From the NCBI RefSeq assembly GCF_900079725.1, contig NZ_LT599032.1, positions 1,170,871 to 1,234,870 of the forward strand: a stretch of 64,000 bases of DNA, read 5' to 3'. Shown here in pieces: positions 57,899-64,000 of the stretch. The stretch comes from an uncultured Dysgonomonas sp. GTDB lineage: Bacteria > Bacteroidota > Bacteroidia > Bacteroidales > Dysgonomonadaceae. The position numbers and the translations under genes were made by a program. How positions within the stretch are numbered: the first letter of the stretch is position 1; each line of letters opens with the position of its first letter. The notes under the pieces are model-generated. The model saw nothing but the letters and a program-made list of their open reading frames with translations. It was not told where the DNA came from and ran no database searches.

Positions 57899-58945
57899 AT
57901 GAAAAGAATATTCCATATAACAACAATATTGCTCTGCTTCTTCGGCCTGACCAATATGATACAGGCGCAGAACCAGCAGGAATCGCTTCGCGACAGACTG
58001 GCTCGAAAACAGCAGCAAGAACAAGGAGCGCAAGGTCAGAACAATGGCCCTAAGGTTCCTCAATTATCCGTTCGTGCCGAAATGATGAACGAAAATCAGA
58101 CACAGGATCTGGCAAATGCCACATGGATACGCGAAGTATACCGGTTTCTGGACCTGACTAAAGGCAAAAATGCAGCATTACTATATCCGGTACAGCCCGT
58201 AGGGCAGAAAATGAACCTGTACACAATGATTTTTAAACTGATGGCTAACGGAAGCCTTATCGGATACGATTGGAATCAGGGACAGGATTTATTTACGGAT
58301 AACTTGATTATAGATTTCGGCGATGTGCTCAACCGGCTTGAAATACCATATCAGAAAAACGGAAGTATCTATACATTCGACGAGTTTAGTATTCCCAGCA
58401 ATGAAGCGTTAGGTTATTACATAAAAGAAGCATGGTATTTCGACCAGTCGAATTCAGTACTAGGAGTGAAAACAGTGGCCATATGCCCGGTCTTGTTCCG
58501 CCAACGTTATTTTGGTGATGACGACCTCGACGCATCTGTTTCGGCTACAGGTTCCCGCGAACCGCAATTCTGGATACCATACGAATATGTAAGGCCATAT
58601 GCAGCGCGTATGCCGATTATGACTTCCGACCTGAATAATGTAATGAATAAAACCATCGACGATTATTTCAGGCTCAGACTATACGAAGGAGAGATATATA
58701 AGACGACCAATATGGAGAATAAGTTCCTGCAAGAGAAATTTACTACTCCGGAGGCATTGAAACATGCGCAGGACAGTATCGAAACCCAACTGAAAGATTT
58801 CGACAAAGGCCTATGGGTTATCAATGACTCTATAAAAGCGGCAGGGGATATGAATCCGAAGAAAGCAAAGACCTCAAAAGCCAGCAAACCAAAATCATCA
58901 TCTTCTTCATCTAATGCGACTTATTCAGCTCGCGACAGAAGATAA
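57899..58945 (+). CDS. porN: T9SS periplasmic ring protein PorN/GldN
   Basis: 348 aa. Signal peptide and GldN-type blocks (WIREVYRFLDLTKGKNAALLYP, YYIKEAWYFDQSNSVLGVKTVAICPVL, FWIPYEYVRPY, DFDKGLW). Confidence 0.75.
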   Translation: MKRIFHITTILLCFFGLTNMIQAQNQQESLRDRLARKQQQEQGAQGQNNGPKVPQLSVRAEMMNENQTQDLANATWIREVYRFLDLTKGKNAALLYPVQPVGQKMNLYTMIFKLMANGSLIGYDWNQGQDLFTDNLIIDFGDVLNRLEIPYQKNGSIYTFDEFSIPSNEALGYYIKEAWYFDQSNSVLGVKTVAICPVLFRQRYFGDDDLDASVSATGSREPQFWIPYEYVRPYAARMPIMTSDLNNVMNKTIDDYFRLRLYEGEIYKTTNMENKFLQEKFTTPEALKHAQDSIETQLKDFDKGLWVINDSIKAAGDMNPKKAKTSKASKPKSSSSSSNATYSARDRR

Positions 58946-58973
58946 AAAGTTCTGGTTAAATAACAAATATAAG

Positions 58974-59005
58974 GAAGCAGCGGTCATTAGATTGCTGCTT
59001 TTTGT
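58974..59005 (+). terminator. rho-independent terminator after porN
   Basis: AGCAGC (58976-58981) pairs with GCTGCT (58994-58999), followed by TTTTT. Confidence 0.65.
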
Positions 59006-59009
59006 TATT

Positions 59010-59640
59010 CTTTCACTGAAACTTTATCTATAGAATATCGCTGATGTATTTTTTCATCAGAAAATAGTTCTTTGAAGTATTGATTAGCCCCTCCATTGGC
59101 TCCGCTTCGCTCTGCCGATTTTGACTCCTTCGATTTGCAATTCAATTCTCCCCTCGGGGCAGCTCTGTTAAGTTCTCTGCTTTATCCTGTTACTTTCTGC
59201 TGTCATCCTGAGTGAAACGAAGGATCTCTTATCTTACAAGAGATGTTTCACTCCGTTCAACATGACAAAGAGGGTATAAATTTTAGAGCTTAACAGACCT
59301 GCCCCGAGGGCTGGCTACAGAGAGAGTAAAAGTAATAGATAGAAAAAGTGTAACCTTTGTTACCTTTTAACAAGCTATGAGTTGAAAGTAATAAGTTGAA
59401 AGTTATATGAGATACGAGTAGATAAGATACGAGATACAAGTTGTTAACCGACGGCTGTTAACCAATGACTGAAAATAGTGTAACCTTTACATACGCTACG
59501 CTCCTGTGACCGTTGGTTGTTACCTTTTTAACAAGTAATGAGTTTTAAGCAATAAGTAATAAGTTGAGAACTGTATTTCTGTTGACTGCTAACTGTTTAC
59601 TGTTAACTGTAAATAGTGTTACCTTTGTTACCTTTTAACT
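59010..59640 (-). repeat. largest copy of the mosaic intergenic repeat (inverted orientation), containing a nested hairpin-bounded mini element at 59152-59308
   Basis: The reverse complement reproduces the module order of 17781-18120 and 26963-27336. CCTCGGGGCAGCTCTGTTAAG (59152-59172) pairs 20/21 with 59288-59308. CTGNTNA heptamers x5 lie at 59579-59613. Confidence 0.75.
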
Positions 59641-59911
59641 AAATATAGTTGAGAATATAAAATTAGAATAAAGCGTCATTAATGAGATGAAAAGCAAATC
59701 TGGATTTACAGGGATTATTAATTTTTCATTCTTCGTTATTAATTACTTTCTGTTGCTTTTTCCACTCAAAATTTACATTATGATTATTAGTGTAATCCCT
59801 AGCTGTGAACAAAATAGAATATAGTAAAAAATATGTTCACGGATTAACAAATCATTTTACTTTTTAATCAAAAACGCATTCCATTTCTTTTGAAAATCCC
59901 TTTATTTAATC

Positions 59912-59919
59912 TATTTTTG
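59912..59919 (+). promoter_or_regulatory. candidate -7 box (TAttTTTG) for sdhCAB
   Basis: Exact TAnnTTTG match 95 bp upstream of the ATG at 60015. Confidence 0.4.
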
Positions 59920-60014
59920 CATGACAATAGAAAAAAGCAATTGCATATGGTTATTTTCTATCACTATCAGCTAAAAATTTAACTATTCTAAATAACTAAA
60001 AACAATTTTAATTT

Positions 60015-60716
60015 ATGAGTTGGTTACTTAAATCTTCTATTGGTAAGAAGTTGATAATGAGTATCACTGGTATCGCTCTTATCTTGTTTTTGCTGTTTCA
60101 CGCTTCGATGAACGTGACGGCTGTATTTTCGGAGGATGCCTACAATACCATCTGTGCTTTGTTAGGAGCTAATTGGTATGCTGTAGCGGGAACTGCTGCT
60201 TTGGGTGCGCTTGTTGCCATCCACTTCATCTACGCTCTTATTCTGACTTTACAAAACCGTAAGGCCCGCGGAGGTGATGCTTATGCAGTAAACGTACGTC
60301 CTAAACATGTGGAGTGGGCATCACAAAACATGTTTGTCCTGGGTGTAATTGTCATTGGTTTCATGGTGCTTCACTTTAGCCAGTTCTGGTATAAGATGAT
60401 GTTTACCGAACTGATGGGACATCACGAAGTGGCACTTGGTGGCGAAATGGTTTCTCCTCAGGATGGAGCCGCTTTTATCAAGTATTATTTCAGCCAGACT
60501 TGGGTTGTGGTCGCATATCTTGTTTGGTATGTTGCATTGTGGTTCCACTTATCTCACGGATTTTGGAGTGCAGTTCAAACTATCGGTTGGAACAATCTGG
60601 TTTGGATGAATCGCTGGAAAGTGATCAGTCAGGTACTTGCCACTATTATTTGTCTGGCATTTGCTTTTGTAACCATCTACTTTTATGCAAGACATTTACT
60701 TTGTCCGTTTTGTTAA
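60015..60716 (+). CDS. sdhC: succinate dehydrogenase/fumarate reductase cytochrome b subunit (b558 family)
   Basis: 233 aa with five TM helices and conserved His residues (FHASMN, HFIYAL, LHFSQFWY, FHLSHGFWS). It is the first gene of the sdh/frd operon. Confidence 0.85.
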   Translation: MSWLLKSSIGKKLIMSITGIALILFLLFHASMNVTAVFSEDAYNTICALLGANWYAVAGTAALGALVAIHFIYALILTLQNRKARGGDAYAVNVRPKHVEWASQNMFVLGVIVIGFMVLHFSQFWYKMMFTELMGHHEVALGGEMVSPQDGAAFIKYYFSQTWVVVAYLVWYVALWFHLSHGFWSAVQTIGWNNLVWMNRWKVISQVLATIICLAFAFVTIYFYARHLLCPFC

Positions 60717-60760
60717 GTAGGCACTGATTATTTTTGTTAAAGATTAAAAGAAAAACAGAT

Positions 60761-62734
60761 ATGAGTAATATACTAGATCCAAAAAAAGATTCAAAAATAC
60801 CTGAAGGACCATTGGCAGAAAAATGGACCAACTATAAGGCGCACCAGAAATTGGTGAATCCTGCTAACAAACGTCGCCTCGACATTATTGTAGTAGGTAC
60901 AGGTCTTGCAGGAGCATCGGCAGCCGCTTCTCTTGGAGAAATGGGCTTCAATGTTCTTAACTTCTGTATTCAGGATTCTCCTCGCCGTGCACACTCGATT
61001 GCAGCACAGGGAGGTATCAATGCTGCAAAGAATTACCAAAATGATGGTGACTCGGTTTACCGTCTTTTCTACGATACTATCAAAGGAGGTGACTACCGTG
61101 CCCGCGAAGCAAACGTTTACCGTCTTGCCGAGGTTGCAAACAGTATCATCGACCAGTGTGTGGCTCAGGGAGTTCCTTTTGCCCGCGAATACGGAGGCTT
61201 GCTTGACAACCGTTCGTTCGGTGGTGCACAGGTGTCGCGTACATTTTACGCTAAAGGACAGACAGGCCAACAATTGTTACTGGGTGCATATTCTGCATTG
61301 AGCCGTCAGGTACACAAAGGTAGCGTGAAACTATATACCCGCTATGAGATGCTCGATGTTGTTCTTGTCAAAGACAAAGACGGAGAAGAGCGTGCACGTG
61401 GTATTATTGCCCGTAACCTTGTTACAGGTAAACTTGAGCGTTTCGCAGCACATGCGGTCGTTATTGCTACCGGTGGATATGGTAATACATTCTTCCTTTC
61501 TACCAATGCAATGGGCTCGAACGGTTCGGCAGCAATACAGGCTTATAAAAAAGGTGCTTATTTCGCAAACCCTTGTTTCGCTCAGATTCACCCGACATGT
61601 ATTCCTGTTCACGGTGAATTCCAATCTAAGCTGACTCTGATGTCAGAATCGCTTCGTAACGATGGACGTATCTGGGTTCCTAAAAAGAAAGAAGATGCTG
61701 AAGCTATCCGTGCAGGCAAACTGAAACCGACTCAGTTGAAAGAAGAAGACAGGGATTACTATCTGGAAAGACGCTATCCGGCCTTCGGTAATCTTGTACC
61801 TCGTGACGTTGCGTCACGTGCAGCTAAAGAGAGATGTGATGCCGGCTTTGGTGTAGGTTCTACAGGCTTGGCTGTTTATCTTGATTTCTCTGATGCTATC
61901 AACCGTCTTGGAAGAGACGTGGTTGAAGCCAAATATGGTAACCTGTTCCAGATGTATGACAAAATTGTAGACGAAAATCCATACGAAACACCGATGATGA
62001 TTTATCCGGCTATCCACTATACAATGGGTGGTATCTGGGTAGACTATGAGTTGATGACTTCTATCAAAGGCTTGTTTGCTCTTGGTGAAGCTAACTTCTC
62101 TGATCATGGAGCTAACCGCTTGGGAGCATCTGCTCTGATGCAGGGATTGGCTGACGGATATTTCGTATTACCATATACAATCCAGAATTATCTGGCCGAC
62201 CAGATTTCTGTTCCTCGCTTCAGCACCGATCTGCCTGAATTTGCTCAGACAGAAAATGATATTAAGGAGAAAGTTGCCAAATTAATGAATATTAAGGGGA
62301 AACGTTCTGTTGACTCTATCCATAAGGAATTGGGGCTTATCATGTGGGATTTTGTAGGTATGGGCCGTACAAAGGAATCTTTGGAAGCAGCAATCGAGAA
62401 ATTGAAAGCTGTGAAAAAGGAATTCTGGTCAAATGTCCGCATCCCAGGTGAAGCTACCAGCCTGAATACTGAGCTTGAAAAAGCATTGCGTTTAGCAGAC
62501 TTTATCGAGATAGGCTTATTGATGGCATATGATGGATTGAATCGTAATGAGTCTTGTGGAGGCCACTTCCGTGAAGAATATCAGACACCGGAAGGTGAGG
62601 CTATGCGTGATGATGAACATTATTCTTATGTTGCCTGCTGGAAATATGAAGGTGAAGAGCAAGCTCCTGAGCTTGTGAAGGAACCTCTCGACTATGAATT
62701 TGTAGTTAGACAACAAAGAAATTACAAGGCTTAA
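60761..62734 (+). CDS. sdhA: succinate dehydrogenase/fumarate reductase flavoprotein subunit
   Basis: FAD motif [12 protein letters not shown], covalent-FAD His context ([14 protein letters not shown]) and HYTMGG. I prefer the ATG at 60761 ([22 protein letters not shown]) to the TTG at 60734. Confidence 0.95.
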   Translation: MSNILDPKKDSKIPEGPLAEKWTNYKAHQKLVNPANKRRLDIIVVGTGLAGASAAASLGEMGFNVLNFCIQDSPRRAHSIAAQGGINAAKNYQNDGDSVYRLFYDTIKGGDYRAREANVYRLAEVANSIIDQCVAQGVPFAREYGGLLDNRSFGGAQVSRTFYAKGQTGQQLLLGAYSALSRQVHKGSVKLYTRYEMLDVVLVKDKDGEERARGIIARNLVTGKLERFAAHAVVIATGGYGNTFFLSTNAMGSNGSAAIQAYKKGAYFANPCFAQIHPTCIPVHGEFQSKLTLMSESLRNDGRIWVPKKKEDAEAIRAGKLKPTQLKEEDRDYYLERRYPAFGNLVPRDVASRAAKERCDAGFGVGSTGLAVYLDFSDAINRLGRDVVEAKYGNLFQMYDKIVDENPYETPMMIYPAIHYTMGGIWVDYELMTSIKGLFALGEANFSDHGANRLGASALMQGLADGYFVLPYTIQNYLADQISVPRFSTDLPEFAQTENDIKEKVAKLMNIKGKRSVDSIHKELGLIMWDFVGMGRTKESLEAAIEKLKAVKKEFWSNVRIPGEATSLNTELEKALRLADFIEIGLLMAYDGLNRNESCGGHFREEYQTPEGEAMRDDEHYSYVACWKYEGEEQAPELVKEPLDYEFVVRQQRNYKA

Positions 62735-62771
62735 ATCAGTTGACGAGTTAACAAGTAAACGAGTAGACAAG
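62735..62771. repeat. upstream low-complexity flank of the four-helix-bundle cassette
   Basis: ATCAGTTGAC GAGTTAAC AAGTAAAC GAGTAGAC AAG, an approximately 8-nt period. ACGAGTAGACAAG is an imperfect inverted match to CTTGTATCTCGT at 63136-63147. Confidence 0.6.
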
Positions 62772-62780
62772 TTTTTGAAA

Positions 62781-63134
62781 ATGGGAACTCATAAGGATTT
62801 GATTGTTTGGCAGAAGAGTATCAGTTTGGTGAAACAGATATATGTTGAAACTAAATCCTTTCCAAATGAAGAGTTATTTGGCTTAGTTTCTCAAATGAGG
62901 CGTTCATCTGTTTCTGTACCTTCCAATATAGCAGAAGGATTTGGTAGAGGTTCAAAAAAAGAATGTACACATTTTGTATACATTGCTTTAGGTTCTGCCT
63001 CGGAATTGGAAACACAAATGATAATTTCCAGAGAATTAGAATATTTATCAGAAATTGTGTACCAAACGCTGAATGCTTTACTTAACGAAATAATTAAAAT
63101 GTTGTCAGCTTTAATAAATTCTTTAAAACAATAA
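62781..63134 (+). CDS. four-helix-bundle protein (23S rRNA intervening-sequence protein / Avd family)
   Basis: 117 aa from the ATG at 62781. Hallmark blocks DLIVWQKSISLVKQIY, FPNEELFGLVSQMRRSSVSVPSNIAEGFGR and ALGSASELETQ. Confidence 0.85.
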   Translation: MGTHKDLIVWQKSISLVKQIYVETKSFPNEELFGLVSQMRRSSVSVPSNIAEGFGRGSKKECTHFVYIALGSASELETQMIISRELEYLSEIVYQTLNALLNEIIKMLSALINSLKQ

Positions 63135-63138
63135 ACTT

Positions 63139-63172
<34 letters not shown>

Positions 63173-63186
63173 AAAAACTCAAAAAA

Positions 63187-63942
63187 ATGGAAAAATTAAT
63201 CAATATAACATTAAAAGTTTGGCGTCAGAGAGGTCCTCAGGAAAAAGGAGCTTTTGAGACATATCCATTAAAAGGCATTTCTACAGAAAGTTCTTTTCTT
63301 GAGATGTTGGATATTTTGAATGAAAACTTAATCAACGAAGGCAAAGAGCCTGTCGTGTTCGATCACGACTGCCGCGAAGGTATCTGTGGTATGTGTAGCC
63401 TTTATATAAACGGACATCCTCACGGACCGGACGAAGATATTACAACATGCCAGCTGCATATGCGTAAATTTAAGGATGGTGAAACCATTACAGTTGAGCC
63501 TTGGCGTTCGGCAGGTTTCCCTGTTATCCGCGACTTGATGGTAGACCGTACTGCTTTCGATAAAATCATGCAGGCAGGAGGTTATGTTAGTGTAAACACG
63601 GGAGGTATACCGGATGCTAATGCAATACCTATTCCTAAGACAGATGCTGACGAAGCTATGGATGCAGCATCATGTATCGGTTGTGGAGCATGTGTTGCTG
63701 CATGTAAGAACGGATCGGCTATGTTGTTTGTATCCGCTAAAGTAAGCCAGTTGGCGCTTCTTCCACAGGGACGTGTAGAAGCAGCACGCCGTGCAAAAGC
63801 AATGGTTAGCAAAATGGACGAACTTGGCTTCGGTAACTGTACAAATACACAGGCTTGTGAAGTACAATGTCCGAAGAACGTATCTATTGCAAATATTGCC
63901 CGCATGAACCGCGAGTTCCTAAAAGCAAAATTCAAAGACTAG
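63187..63942 (+). CDS. sdhB: succinate dehydrogenase/fumarate reductase iron-sulfur subunit
   Basis: 251 aa with cluster motifs [20 protein letters not shown] and [12 protein letters not shown]. Confidence 0.95.
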   Translation: MEKLINITLKVWRQRGPQEKGAFETYPLKGISTESSFLEMLDILNENLINEGKEPVVFDHDCREGICGMCSLYINGHPHGPDEDITTCQLHMRKFKDGETITVEPWRSAGFPVIRDLMVDRTAFDKIMQAGGYVSVNTGGIPDANAIPIPKTDADEAMDAASCIGCGACVAACKNGSAMLFVSAKVSQLALLPQGRVEAARRAKAMVSKMDELGFGNCTNTQACEVQCPKNVSIANIARMNREFLKAKFKD

Positions 63943-63965
63943 TAAGTTTTGATTATAGAATTGAA

Positions 63966-63995
63966 AGCGGCTATCTGTAGATAGTCGCTTTTTGT
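63966..63995 (+). terminator. rho-independent terminator after sdhB
   Basis: AGCGGCTATC (63966-63975) pairs with GATAGTCGCT (63980-63989) with one G-U and a TGTA loop, followed by TTTTTGTTTT. Confidence 0.75.
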
Positions 63996-64000
63996 TTTGT

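Overview
64-kb chromosomal segment from a low-GC Bacteroidota genome, probably Bacteroidales-like. Supporting signs are exact TAnnTTTG -7 boxes upstream of many genes, T9SS components, a b558-type sdhCAB operon and a PadR/PspC module. I call 59 protein-coding genes plus one interrupted ORF. Most are housekeeping or envelope functions: cysE, gdhA, mtgA, dprA, ugd, rluF, purL, miaA, sdhCAB, an ECF sigma pair, BlaI/BlaR1, and IclR/LysR/AraC/PadR regulators. I found no rRNA, tRNA, CRISPR array, transposase, integrase or recognisable defence system. The unusual content is in the non-coding DNA. (1) A ~0.5-kb GC-rich, helix-dense island with no credible ORF lies between ygiD and yceI at 39728-40255; it is my best candidate for an undescribed large structured RNA or RNA-carrying miniature element. 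(2) A 510-bp MITE-like element at 17642-18151 has perfect 19-bp terminal inverted repeats and a 10-bp direct duplication. (3) A modular, mosaic intergenic repeat family recurs at seven or more loci, including a 52-nt exact inverted copy about 32 kb apart and short runs of degenerate 7-nt tandem repeats. (4) A four-helix-bundle (Avd / 23S-IVS-protein family) gene cassette sits between sdhA and sdhB, flanked by inverted low-complexity repeats of that same family. (5) A porP-porK-porN cluster has no porL/porM between porK and porN. All protein calls rest on motif recognition from memory. No database search was run, and all coordinates, base pairings and counts were done by hand.
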